From Nitrososphaerales archaeon (GTDB taxonomy: Archaea > Thermoproteota > Nitrososphaeria > Nitrososphaerales > UBA213): a stretch of 50,154 nt of DNA. The stretch spans positions 1 through 50,154 of the forward strand of contig CBDAOC010000002.1 in the NCBI GenBank assembly GCA_965197925.1. Reading direction: 5' to 3'. The notes beneath the pieces were generated by a model. That model saw only the letters and a program-made list of their open reading frames with translations, did not search any database and was not told where the DNA came from. The stretch's first letter is position 1, and each line of letters begins with the position of its first letter. Position numbers and translations under genes: made by a program. Below are positions 18,286 to 28,209 of this stretch, piece after piece.

Positions 18286-18761
18286 AGTGGAAATCTGAAA
18301 AAATAATAGGACCTTCTCTCTCCTCACATTTCAAAGAATATAAGAATCTTCAAAGGAATGTAATTTACTATATACCTCTTGCAGACAATAATCCAAATAC
18401 TGTATCTTATTTTTACTTTAGGTGTCCTTGTACCTTAGGTCCTCTGTGTACAGCCATCTTTGGAGAGTCTGACGGAAAATACATACATACACTAAAGATA
18501 GAGTCTGACGGAACTCCTACTTTGGGTGCGAGCATGTCAGTCTCTCACGGCAAAAGATGTCATTTCTATTTAAAACAAGGTATTTTAGAATGGATAGGTG
18601 ACTCCACAGGAAAATTATGGACATCTAAAATAAAAAAACGAAAATTATGGACATCTAAAATAAAAAAACGAAAATTATGGGCATCTAAAATAAACTGTAA
18701 TGAATTTGTCCCAAATAGTTTTATTGTAGCGTTAGTTGGAGAAGAAGATGACAACCGTTAG
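18282..18761 (+). CDS. DUF6527-like protein with basic repeat tail
   Basis: FRCPC...C, PTLGASM and RCHFYLKQGILEW match the DUF6527 pattern as I recall it (CPCG...PTLxPSI...CHFFIxxGxIxW). Confidence 0.7.
   Translation: MKWKSEKIIGPSLSSHFKEYKNLQRNVIYYIPLADNNPNTVSYFYFRCPCTLGPLCTAIFGESDGKYIHTLKIESDGTPTLGASMSVSHGKRCHFYLKQGILEWIGDSTGKLWTSKIKKRKLWTSKIKKRKLWASKINCNEFVPNSFIVALVGEEDDNR
18610..18694 (+). repeat. 30-bp tandem repeat x2.8 (KLWTSKIKKR)
   Basis: GAAAATTATGGACATCTAAAATAAAAAAAC twice, plus a partial third copy with one mismatch. Confidence 0.95.
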
Positions 18762-20157
18762 ATTTACCAAAAATCCTATAGTTATAAGTGAAGTTGTGTT
18801 GGATGAAAATTGGGTTGATATTGAAGATGAGATAGGAAACAAGGTTTTAATGAGGGAATTTGTAAGACCTAATTTAATATATGTAGAAGATGTTCAAGTG
18901 GGTGAGAAACTAACTATAAATGTGTCTCCTACAACCTTATTTCCTGGAAGTTCTTATGACGATGACGTACAAAAACTTATTGAAATCTATAAAGAAAACA
19001 TAAGGAAAGAAAAAGGAACATCCTTTTATGAGTTCACTGCCGATGCACCTGTAGATAGAACAGTAGAGGGATTGTCGAGTGGTCTTTTATTAACAAATGC
19101 GAATTATTATTTAGGTACATTTAGTAGTGTAGAAAAGGTGAGATACTTAACTCGTTATAATCCTCCAGGAAAAGTGATTGTAAGAGCTAAAGGTCTTGAC
19201 CACCTATGGATAACTCACACTAATGCGACTCTGGATATTTGCTTACTTACAGAGATTGGTATTATAAGTCACACCAGAGTAGATGACTTTTTTCAAGGTC
19301 AGGCTTTTTACTTTGATCTCACAGCAATTCCTAATGTGAATAGATTCTTACCGGTTGTAGGTTGTGGCGAGGATGTAATAGTTCCTGAAGTGCCTATTGA
19401 ACCTCCAGAACCTCCAGAACCTCCAGAACCTCCTATGACTGCTTGTGGAACTATTGACAGCGATAAAAATATAAACATCGATTCGTCTATTTTTATTAGT
19501 GCTATTTGGGGTAACGCAGATCATTTATACATGATTAACACTTTAAGTCCTGACGCTGTAATTGTCCTTGACATAAACACACTTGAACCAACTTCTGGGG
19601 GGTTTGCTCTTCACGCAGACAATATAGCGTCAGTAGGTATGTGGGGTGACGTAAATTATTTATATGTTCTTGACAACACGGGACATAAGGTTTTTGTTTA
19701 TAACTATAGTGGAGTCAGACAACCATCACGTGAATTTGATTTAAGAAGTCGTTTTATTAATCCTCAAGATATGTGGGGTGACGGAACACACCTTTGGGTG
19801 GTAGAAGGTGATTTTGGGGAGAGTATTCAAATAGAACTCTATAGTATAGTTAGTGGTGGATTTATTCAAGCTATAAGTTTAGGAGATGCGGTTGATGATA
19901 TTCAAGGAATAACAGGAACAGGAAATAGTTTACTTGTTTCTGAGAGTAGTCGTTTTACCACTCATAAGATAATCGGATTTGATAGAGTTGGGAGTACAAT
20001 CACAAGAAATACTGATAAAGACATAACCTTAGATGTAGACCACACAAGTTTAGGTGCCTTGTTTGTCAATCCACAAACTTTATGGGCTATAAATAAAGTT
20101 CGTCCATCTCAAATTATATACGCCTACGACGTTTCTGGTTGTGGACTTACGTTTTAA
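18748..20157 (+). CDS. Tail-associated protein with Pro-rich linker and C-terminal beta-propeller
   Basis: (EPP)4 linker, then repeated blades (GMWGDVNYLYVLD...KVFVYN, DMWGDGTHLWVVE). Start moved to ATG 18748 after GGAG. Confidence 0.6.
   Translation: MTTVRFTKNPIVISEVVLDENWVDIEDEIGNKVLMREFVRPNLIYVEDVQVGEKLTINVSPTTLFPGSSYDDDVQKLIEIYKENIRKEKGTSFYEFTADAPVDRTVEGLSSGLLLTNANYYLGTFSSVEKVRYLTRYNPPGKVIVRAKGLDHLWITHTNATLDICLLTEIGIISHTRVDDFFQGQAFYFDLTAIPNVNRFLPVVGCGEDVIVPEVPIEPPEPPEPPEPPMTACGTIDSDKNINIDSSIFISAIWGNADHLYMINTLSPDAVIVLDINTLEPTSGGFALHADNIASVGMWGDVNYLYVLDNTGHKVFVYNYSGVRQPSREFDLRSRFINPQDMWGDGTHLWVVEGDFGESIQIELYSIVSGGFIQAISLGDAVDDIQGITGTGNSLLVSESSRFTTHKIIGFDRVGSTITRNTDKDITLDVDHTSLGALFVNPQTLWAINKVRPSQIIYAYDVSGCGLTF
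19399..19434 (+). repeat. 9-bp tandem repeat GAACCTCCA x4 (EPP linker)
   Basis: Read directly; the last copy ends in T. Confidence 0.95.
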
Positions 20158-20165
20158 GGATTAAC

Positions 20166-21428
20166 ATGTACCACTTCGTAAAGAAATTTGAATCCCCCGC
20201 GACTTCCATAAGATTTGACCTGCGTGCTGAAGAAAATCCAGCAAACATACTAACTGTATTAAACGGAAAGCCTTATAGTATAAATCCTACATACTTTAGT
20301 GGACTTACTTTTAATCTCACAGGTAATTTTGTAAGAGGTGACGTATTAGAGTGTTATGTAATTTTACCTATGATACAACCTGACAGATTTACTTTTGACA
20401 CTAAAGAAGACTTTATAAGTAAGGCATTAGCGAGAGTGAAGAGGCTTGAGTATGGGGTGTATGAAAGAAATTTAATTGTAGAAGACTTTAACCTTTTTCA
20501 TAGTGTAGATGAAATAGCTGACAATACGTTGGATCAAAGAGAGCTTATAGTAGTTAAAAAGAAAAACTTCAATCCAACAAGAGGTCTTGATTACTCAGAT
20601 CAAATAAGAAGTTATATAGCAAATGAAATTGTACACGAAGATTTTGTTGATTTAAACAACGTAAAAAACGGTACGTTTTATGTTATGACAAAACACACTA
20701 AGGCTTGGTTAAATTTAATTAAATTAGAAAATGGAATTATAACTAACTCAGCGTTTTCTAACAAGATTTTATCTGTTCCTAAATATGATGTATATGAATT
20801 TAGGGGAGTCCTAAATGGATTTAACGATTACGACTGGATAGGACATGCTGTCATATTCTTTCATGGTACAGCCTTCCCTCAAAATGCAGAAAGATATAAG
20901 AACAGACACTATAGAATAACAAACACAGGAACTTTTAGGACTCAAGGTCAATTCATAGATACCGCAGCAAACACCACATCTCCAGGAATTAAATCTAATT
21001 TTGACTACATTCCAGATAGCGGAGCCACACCAGCAAGAGGTATAACAAGCTATCCTATAGCGGATGTGCCAGGAATACTTAGTCACACTCTTACTTATAA
21101 CATAAACTTCATTCTAAGACATGGGTATATTACAAGTAAGACTGACCCTATAACCACAAACGAAGAAGAGATAGCAGGTGGACCATTACCGGATTTTACT
21201 ATACCTGTTAGGTCTTTTACTTCAAGCTCTTATTATGGAGTAGAATTAGTAACTGACAATATACCAATAGAACCTGCTTGGCCTATAACAAAGGAACTTA
21301 ATATCATCTCTACAGACAACCTTTGGGAGAGAGTAGTAAGTACAGGTTCTGTTCGCTACGTCACTAAAAGTCCTATTTTCACAAACGTGGACACCGCAAT
21401 TCCTATGACTTGGAGAGCTAATGCTTAA
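20166..21428 (+). CDS. Putative tail-fibre / adaptor protein
   Basis: N-terminus loosely resembles a T7 gp17-type attachment domain; lies in the fibre cluster. Start moved to ATG 20166 after AAGGA. Confidence 0.45.
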   Translation: MYHFVKKFESPATSIRFDLRAEENPANILTVLNGKPYSINPTYFSGLTFNLTGNFVRGDVLECYVILPMIQPDRFTFDTKEDFISKALARVKRLEYGVYERNLIVEDFNLFHSVDEIADNTLDQRELIVVKKKNFNPTRGLDYSDQIRSYIANEIVHEDFVDLNNVKNGTFYVMTKHTKAWLNLIKLENGIITNSAFSNKILSVPKYDVYEFRGVLNGFNDYDWIGHAVIFFHGTAFPQNAERYKNRHYRITNTGTFRTQGQFIDTAANTTSPGIKSNFDYIPDSGATPARGITSYPIADVPGILSHTLTYNINFILRHGYITSKTDPITTNEEEIAGGPLPDFTIPVRSFTSSSYYGVELVTDNIPIEPAWPITKELNIISTDNLWERVVSTGSVRYVTKSPIFTNVDTAIPMTWRANA

Positions 21429-22410
21429 GACCTTCGATCAAAGTACAGTTATGTTTGAGTCTGATAACTTTACAGGAAAAGCTATCACGACTCACGTAGA
21501 AGATAGGTGGAACTTTGATGTACTTGTCTATATAAATGATGTAATTACTGATGAATATAGTAAATATATAGTTAATAATCGAATCAGAATCGTATTTAAT
21601 CGAGATATAAACGGAAGAAAAGTAGAAATAATAAGACAAGCAATCCCTAGTAAACTGAATATATTTGGAGTACACCAAGGTGAGAACTTTTGGGAAAGAT
21701 TTTATGACGCATTAGTGCAGTGTTGTCAAGATGAATCTATAAGAAGGTTTCAAAGTGAGGGAAAGCAGATTGGATTTTTCTCTAGGGATGGTTTTGTTGT
21801 ACGCATTGTGTCTGTTATAGGAAGAAGCTTAAACGAACTATATCAAGCTATAAGAACTATGCCACTTTATGGATTCAATAGAATTTGGAGGGCTTTTACT
21901 TCAATTCTTTGGGGTAGAAACCTATACACAGGTCCTCTAGAAGCACCTATTGTGACTAACTTAAGTAAACTTCAAACATCAGTAAGTCTTTTTCATTCTT
22001 TTTTAACGTGGGATTATCCTTTAATTGAGACAAATGCAAAGGATTATGTGCAAAATAAAATTACAGGATTAAGTGAATTAGGTGCGAATAGATTTTCTTT
22101 TATCAAAAAAATATCAGAAAATCAAATTGTCTTATATAGATTTCTTTATCACCCTTGGATGAGAGCAGAAGTGCTTGCCCAGCTAGGTACAGAGTATGAT
22201 AATGCTGTTGCTCATTGGGGAGCAAGAAAAATAAATTACATCGTAAGACACGAACAAGAACAAATAACTTTGACAAAAACCACAGAAAGTAGTATAATAA
22301 CGAATGCGCAAGGTACAGATGAGGTAAATACCTTATCTCTTGTAATGGGGGATATTCAAGTCCCCCTTATTATAGGCTTTAATAACATAGATGAGGGCGT
22401 AAATGGCTAG
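21421..22410 (+). CDS. Putative tail-fibre adaptor with T7 gp17-like N-terminal domain
   Basis: FDVLVYINDV...Y...IRIVFNRDINGRKVEIIRQ...DALVQCCQDE pattern. Confidence 0.55.
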   Translation: MLKTFDQSTVMFESDNFTGKAITTHVEDRWNFDVLVYINDVITDEYSKYIVNNRIRIVFNRDINGRKVEIIRQAIPSKLNIFGVHQGENFWERFYDALVQCCQDESIRRFQSEGKQIGFFSRDGFVVRIVSVIGRSLNELYQAIRTMPLYGFNRIWRAFTSILWGRNLYTGPLEAPIVTNLSKLQTSVSLFHSFLTWDYPLIETNAKDYVQNKITGLSELGANRFSFIKKISENQIVLYRFLYHPWMRAEVLAQLGTEYDNAVAHWGARKINYIVRHEQEQITLTKTTESSIITNAQGTDEVNTLSLVMGDIQVPLIIGFNNIDEGVNG

Positions 22411-25400
22411 TGTATCGAGTTTAATCACACCGATAAGATTTGTGTATGACAAAACAATTAATAATATGGAGGCAATTTTACCTACTGATGTAGGTCAAGT
22501 TGTTTATGGCTTAACTGTTTCTGGGACTACTGTATCTTACAAGATAAGTGATGGTAGAGGAGGCTTTAGTCCAGGAAGTTTTAGTAGTTCTGGAGGGTTA
22601 GAGTCTGTCGCACATGACGCAACCTTATCTGGTTCTGGTACAGCTAGTGATCCTTTAAGTGTGCTAAGTGGAGGAGGTACTACGGTTGTCGCTAATCCTG
22701 GAGGTAGTGGCCTTACTGTACTGAGTTCCGTTACTATTGATTCTACAAATTATTCCATACCAGTTCCAGCAACACCAGCAGATGCGAGTTTGTCTGCAAC
22801 CCTAGTTGGATCATGGGAAGCAGATTTGAGTACAGCCCAAGACGGATATGAATTATTTGACTCAGAGATACCTTTACCAGCAGTGGATGATATTCACCTT
22901 CTAGTGTTTAAAAATGAAGCTTTAGGATTAGTAGGGCATTATGTATTAACATTAGCAGATATAACTACAACAGAAGTAACCCCTCCAGTCTACACCTCAA
23001 CTGCAAATGGCACAGCAGGATCAGATACGAATGCAATAAAGTTTGCAATAGGACAAAATAGAGGAGCCAATTTAAGTAAAACAACTACAGGAAATTATGC
23101 TGTAGGATTTCAAAATAATGGAAACTGTACTTTAGATGTTTACAAACTTGACGTAAGTGGAGCTTTGGTGCCTGGCGGCGGAGGAACTGCATTTGTACCT
23201 ACACAAGAAAACATTTATGCTGCCGTAAGTGCTATCTTATTTTCCGGTACGGGAATAAGAATAGATAGAAGTTCTAGTAATAGTGAACTTACAATAGTTA
23301 ATACAGTAGAAGGAGGTGGAGGGTTATCTACTGTTGCTAGTGACGCTACTTTAACTGGGGATGGGTCTTTGGCTGATCCTTTAAGTGTTGTGCAGGAAAT
23401 TATACAACCGGACCCAACTACAGGAATTTTAAGAACACCTACCTCAGCAGATGTCGGTAAGTTTGCAAGAGAAGCACTTAACCTTAGAATAGGTACACCG
23501 ATAGGTGATCCAGGACATGGACCAGAGGTCGCGTATCGTAATTACATAACTACTGACGCTCCTACAGGCTTAAACTATCGCGGAACAGTGGATAGTTATG
23601 CAGATGTAGATAGTCCGCAGGTTAATGATTTAGTTTTTGACAAAACTCATAGAGGTTGGTATAGATACAGTACATCCGCAACTGCGTGGAGAACAACAAA
23701 TTTAATTCCTAATTTTAAAGGAGGGTCTTTTAGTTCTAGAGAAGATGCTGACCTTGCTATTGAAGCTGTGGGAGATTCTATTTGGTGGAGTGGTGAGAGT
23801 GATGTGCAAGTAGTTACTGCTTTTGTAGCGGCTGTGGCAGATAGGGTTCATTATAATTGGCTACCTCCTCAAGAGATTCAAGAACTCTTAGCAAAAACTC
23901 CACTTGGCTTGGCTGTTCAATTAACTGCAGGAGATGAAGAAAGCACTAAACTTTGGTCACCTAAAGTTCTTTCTGATTGGTTGACAGGAATAATCCAAAG
24001 TGCAGTTGATGTATCAGGCCAATTTACAATTACTAAAGGATCAATTACTCCTGAGTCTATACGAGATATTCCAGCAAGTTCCTTTACAGAAGCAGAAGGT
24101 GTTGGCAATACTTATGGAGTTAGTACGACTAGTAATAAAATAGCTGTTGCAGATACAGAATCACCAGGGACTCCTAACGGAATAGCCATATATGATAGAA
24201 GTCCTCAAAATGTTATATCGCACTCTGTCACTATTACAGCATCACAATTAGGGTTGGGCGGCAGTCGGAGATTATTTTCTATTGCATTAGATGAAGAAGG
24301 AGAACATTTATATTATTCAGTTTTTAATGGAAGTAATGATGACCAACAATATAGCATTAGGGTAATAAATGTCACAACACTTGTAAGAACTGAAATTCAG
24401 TCTTTTCAGCGTGACGGACGGTACCGAGGGATGGATGTTGCAGGAGATAGGCTCTATTATATATTTTACACACCAAACCCATTGGCACAAACTCTTAGAG
24501 TTAGAGACATAACCAACAGGACGATGGCTCCGCGAGTAACTTCTGAAGACATAGGCTTAGTTGAAAGAACATTTGGCCCACTCAATGGAGATGTAGAAGT
24601 AAACAACGGTCATGCTTGGATAATTTATATTACAAATGATGGTATACCAGAGCATCAATACATATATGCCTATAATATAGAATTAAAACAATCAATTCCT
24701 GCTCTTAGAGTTGATTTATATGAAGCAGGTTTTGAGATTAGTGGCTTAGAATCTAGACAGAGAAGTATAAATTCTTTTGACAATGAAAATTTTGTCCTTG
24801 GAATTTTTGGACTATCATCAGAGTTTCTTAAAGAAATCGGTCCTATTCCTACTGCACAAGTTGTAACTGGGATTGTAGCAAATAATAAAATTGATTTATC
24901 TCAAGCCGTAGGAAAACTTAATACTGATGCACAAAATTTAGATAGTGACTTAACTTTATCTGAAAAGAACATAGTTAAGACAAGATTGGGTATTAGAGAT
25001 TTAATAGACGAAGGTATACCTAAAGTCGGGAGACTTCCGGCTGTCACTCCAACATCCCCCTTCCTAGTGGACCTTACACATGACTACACAGAAGGAGCTA
25101 GAGACGATGCAACAGTAGCTCCTGGATTTAGTACTGCTATATCAGGATACAGTGATGGACGTTTGTTTTCTGCTATAGGTACAATTAACAAACGAAGTCC
25201 TTTAACTTATATATTGGTTGTAGGTGCGAATAACAGCTATCATATTGATAGTTTTGCTTCAAGTAATGAAAGTTGGCTAGATGAGTTTGATAGAGTAGCC
25301 ATTCAAGGCTCTAACTACAACTTAGGAGTTAAGTTTTTAGAAAACGGTGTTTATGTAAGAAGGGTTTTAAACTCTCCTACAATACTAAATGCAGCCTCTT

Positions 25401-27745
25401 TTACTTTTAATCCCCTAAGACCTGACGGTACTCTTTACTTTACGACTGCTGAGACAACTAGGCATATTGCTGGTCTTTATGAAAAGTCTAATGACGAATA
25501 CAGAAAATTGATTTTTGAAGGGTTGAACCACGTTGACGGTATAGGTGCACCTACTGAACCTCCCACAAGAGCAGCACAGTCTTATGTAGATGATTTAGGT
25601 AGACTCTGGGTTTCAGGGGATACGACAGTACAAACCACTATTCCACCTAGTATTGAAAGCTCTATTTGGAATAATTCTTTTTATAATATAACCGCCGGAC
25701 TACTCTCAGACTTATCTAACGGACAATTTGCAGTTGTTTATAATACGGCTAGTTTTATTCAAAATCAAGATGGCACATTTGTATCACCTAGCTGGTTAAA
25801 TATGTGGTCTTTTATTACAACGGAAGTAACAAACACAGCCGAGACAAGAAACATTAGAGATAACACAGTATTTTTAGGAACCTACCACACTGTGGAAGCG
25901 GCGGCGGAAGCAAGGGCACAACACACGGACTTAGGTAAAACTTATTTCTACATAAAAAGGAATAGTTCACCTCCACATCATTTGAGAGAGATCACTTCTT
26001 TTGAAGAAGGTGTAACTATAAATACAGATCACTACTTTTGGAGAGGACCTTTTTTAATTTCTGAAGATGTTTTAGGTCTTATCAAAGTATCTCAAGCTGA
26101 CGGTGGAGAGAGAGTTAATGAAGACCTGACAATAGGGGAAGAAACATTTTATTTAGGTATTAATCGCAGACCTGGACAAACTCCTTACGGCTCTATTAAT
26201 AACACTAATTTTGAAAATCTTGGATATACCTACGCTGGTATAGCCAAGACTGGCTCAGAAATTTATATATTTATGAGTACAGCTAGGTGGAATTATCCTA
26301 AAATCATATCTTTCAATGAAGTTGATTTAGAAGTGCCTTCCGGTATAACTCCAATTATTCAAGGTACAGAAACTTTTATTCTATTTAACACAAGCTCTTT
26401 TTCCAGTATCTCCAATTTTGTGACACATTTTGGGATAGCAAGTGGGGATGTCGTAGCTTTTAACATCCAACGCTCAGACGGTGAGTTTATATTTGAGACC
26501 ACTCCAACTGCAAGACAATTAACCTTTGGTGATGAGTTCTATAAACTTCCTGATCCTACAGATGTTGTAGACCTTCTTCCTGATACAACACACGAAAAGG
26601 ATAAGCTCTTTTATGCAAGAGATAATCACACAAGTGACCATGTTAGAAATGATAGTATATTAACCATAGGAGCCTTAGCTGATGGTTGGTTTGGATGGGC
26701 AACAGGTAATGGACATTACTTCTCTGTTGGTGGAGGGGGAGTTGGAACTGATCCCATAAATGACAGTGTGTATGAAATGGCTTGGAAGAACACATCAGGT
26801 TCTCAGTGCCAACTTAGATTTTCTTCTAAAAAGAATAAAAAAAGTATAGGTGATATTCTTGCTTTGTCTTTTCCTGATGTAACCTTTGCTTTTGCAGGCT
26901 CTTCCACTAGCACACATACAGCAACTAAGTATTATGTTTATACATTTAATGCACAATTTCCTACCAAGTATTTAACAGTAGGAAATACTGTTCCTATACA
27001 AACCCAGTTCAGCGACAATACATGGGCTTGGGCTGGAATTGATGTTAAAAAAGGTTTTTATCAAAGTGAGAACATAAATCAATACTCTCGTATAAATTTA
27101 CTTGATCTTTTCTTAGAAACTAAAACTCAAGCTGAGTTTGATGCTTTAACTGATAAAGACTCGAATAAACTATATATAGTTCCTTTTTCTAAAATGTATA
27201 GGGGAGATCGGCTTCTATTAAAAACTAATGCTGCCCCACCTCTTCATTATATTTGGGACGGACCTAACAATGCCAAAGATAATGCATACTCTGCTACTGA
27301 GCCTCATACTTCTGGTACAGGGATTTTAGCTCGGATTCAAAATGTAAATACGGAAAATTATACGGCTGAAGCCAATGAAGCTCCTGCTAATTGGCAAATA
27401 GATACTAGTTTTTCTGATACAACTACTCATAACTTTTTTGCTTATGCTATGCACTTTGGTACAGAGTTTAGCAATACAAGACGTATTTATTTTGCAAGTG
27501 TTAATGCTGTAGAATACTCTACTCAATGGGAGGATTTTAAAGACCCGATTGAAGACAACATTGCAATAGTGACGCGTAATAGTTCTAATGATATACGCCA
27601 CTTTTTGTTATCAGAGTGTACTAGAGAGACAGGAGCGACAGAAGGAAGGTACCTTTTACCTTCTGACACATCTAAATACTTTGTCGGCACAAATATAGAC
27701 GTGGCTATAGTTGATACATCAAATACAAACATAACATTACCGTAG
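22403..27745 (+). CDS. Large multidomain tail fibre / receptor-binding protein
   Basis: 1780 aa, Thr/Gly/Ser-rich, two copies of SVAHDATLSGSGTASDPLSV-like motif, propeller-like central region, TQAEFDALTDKDSNKLYIV motif. Confidence 0.8.
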   Translation: MASVSSLITPIRFVYDKTINNMEAILPTDVGQVVYGLTVSGTTVSYKISDGRGGFSPGSFSSSGGLESVAHDATLSGSGTASDPLSVLSGGGTTVVANPGGSGLTVLSSVTIDSTNYSIPVPATPADASLSATLVGSWEADLSTAQDGYELFDSEIPLPAVDDIHLLVFKNEALGLVGHYVLTLADITTTEVTPPVYTSTANGTAGSDTNAIKFAIGQNRGANLSKTTTGNYAVGFQNNGNCTLDVYKLDVSGALVPGGGGTAFVPTQENIYAAVSAILFSGTGIRIDRSSSNSELTIVNTVEGGGGLSTVASDATLTGDGSLADPLSVVQEIIQPDPTTGILRTPTSADVGKFAREALNLRIGTPIGDPGHGPEVAYRNYITTDAPTGLNYRGTVDSYADVDSPQVNDLVFDKTHRGWYRYSTSATAWRTTNLIPNFKGGSFSSREDADLAIEAVGDSIWWSGESDVQVVTAFVAAVADRVHYNWLPPQEIQELLAKTPLGLAVQLTAGDEESTKLWSPKVLSDWLTGIIQSAVDVSGQFTITKGSITPESIRDIPASSFTEAEGVGNTYGVSTTSNKIAVADTESPGTPNGIAIYDRSPQNVISHSVTITASQLGLGGSRRLFSIALDEEGEHLYYSVFNGSNDDQQYSIRVINVTTLVRTEIQSFQRDGRYRGMDVAGDRLYYIFYTPNPLAQTLRVRDITNRTMAPRVTSEDIGLVERTFGPLNGDVEVNNGHAWIIYITNDGIPEHQYIYAYNIELKQSIPALRVDLYEAGFEISGLESRQRSINSFDNENFVLGIFGLSSEFLKEIGPIPTAQVVTGIVANNKIDLSQAVGKLNTDAQNLDSDLTLSEKNIVKTRLGIRDLIDEGIPKVGRLPAVTPTSPFLVDLTHDYTEGARDDATVAPGFSTAISGYSDGRLFSAIGTINKRSPLTYILVVGANNSYHIDSFASSNESWLDEFDRVAIQGSNYNLGVKFLENGVYVRRVLNSPTILNAASFTFNPLRPDGTLYFTTAETTRHIAGLYEKSNDEYRKLIFEGLNHVDGIGAPTEPPTRAAQSYVDDLGRLWVSGDTTVQTTIPPSIESSIWNNSFYNITAGLLSDLSNGQFAVVYNTASFIQNQDGTFVSPSWLNMWSFITTEVTNTAETRNIRDNTVFLGTYHTVEAAAEARAQHTDLGKTYFYIKRNSSPPHHLREITSFEEGVTINTDHYFWRGPFLISEDVLGLIKVSQADGGERVNEDLTIGEETFYLGINRRPGQTPYGSINNTNFENLGYTYAGIAKTGSEIYIFMSTARWNYPKIISFNEVDLEVPSGITPIIQGTETFILFNTSSFSSISNFVTHFGIASGDVVAFNIQRSDGEFIFETTPTARQLTFGDEFYKLPDPTDVVDLLPDTTHEKDKLFYARDNHTSDHVRNDSILTIGALADGWFGWATGNGHYFSVGGGGVGTDPINDSVYEMAWKNTSGSQCQLRFSSKKNKKSIGDILALSFPDVTFAFAGSSTSTHTATKYYVYTFNAQFPTKYLTVGNTVPIQTQFSDNTWAWAGIDVKKGFYQSENINQYSRINLLDLFLETKTQAEFDALTDKDSNKLYIVPFSKMYRGDRLLLKTNAAPPLHYIWDGPNNAKDNAYSATEPHTSGTGILARIQNVNTENYTAEANEAPANWQIDTSFSDTTTHNFFAYAMHFGTEFSNTRRIYFASVNAVEYSTQWEDFKDPIEDNIAIVTRNSSNDIRHFLLSECTRETGATEGRYLLPSDTSKYFVGTNIDVAIVDTSNTNITLP

Positions 27746-27753
27746 GAGGTACG

Positions 27754-28209
27754 ATGTCTGAAAAAGTTTATCAAGACGCGATGTTTGGGAAAAATAAAGA
27801 AAAAAAACAAGGTATTCAAGGAGAAAGAGGAGAAAGAGGAGAAAGAGGAAAACGAGGAGCTAGAGGAAGACCAGGAAAAGACTCCCCCCCCCCGCACATC
27901 ACGCATGACGACTTAAATGCTATAGATTTTAGTAGAGTGGACATAACCGAGGCTATAGTAATTATTTTAGGAGTCAGGGCCACTATTGTTGACCAGTTTG
28001 CCGCATTTAAAGGAGAACTAAGCATTACCGATAGAAATGTCGATGAAAAAATAAACAAGAATATCCGAGTGTTAACTGCCGAAGAGTATATGTATGAATA
28101 TGACGATGAAGAAAATGAAGACTTATATCCTTTGCAAAGTGACCATCTTTATGCTATAGAAGATACTGTGCCTAAACAACTATATCTTGGAGAAATGAGG
28201 ATACTATGA
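27754..28209 (+). CDS. Short collagen-like tail-associated protein
   Basis: Eight Gly-X-Y triplets (GIQGERGERGERGKRGARGRPGKD), GGAGGT SD, C-terminal LTAEEY...HLYAI...LYLGE motif. Confidence 0.65.
   Translation: MSEKVYQDAMFGKNKEKKQGIQGERGERGERGKRGARGRPGKDSPPPHITHDDLNAIDFSRVDITEAIVIILGVRATIVDQFAAFKGELSITDRNVDEKINKNIRVLTAEEYMYEYDDEENEDLYPLQSDHLYAIEDTVPKQLYLGEMRIL

Noticed and set aside
18610..18694. 30-bp repeats as a CRISPR array
   Set aside because: Copies are contiguous with no spacers.
27326..28058. Minus-strand ORFs opposite the fibre and collagen genes
   Set aside because: Antisense shadows with low-complexity translations and no SD.
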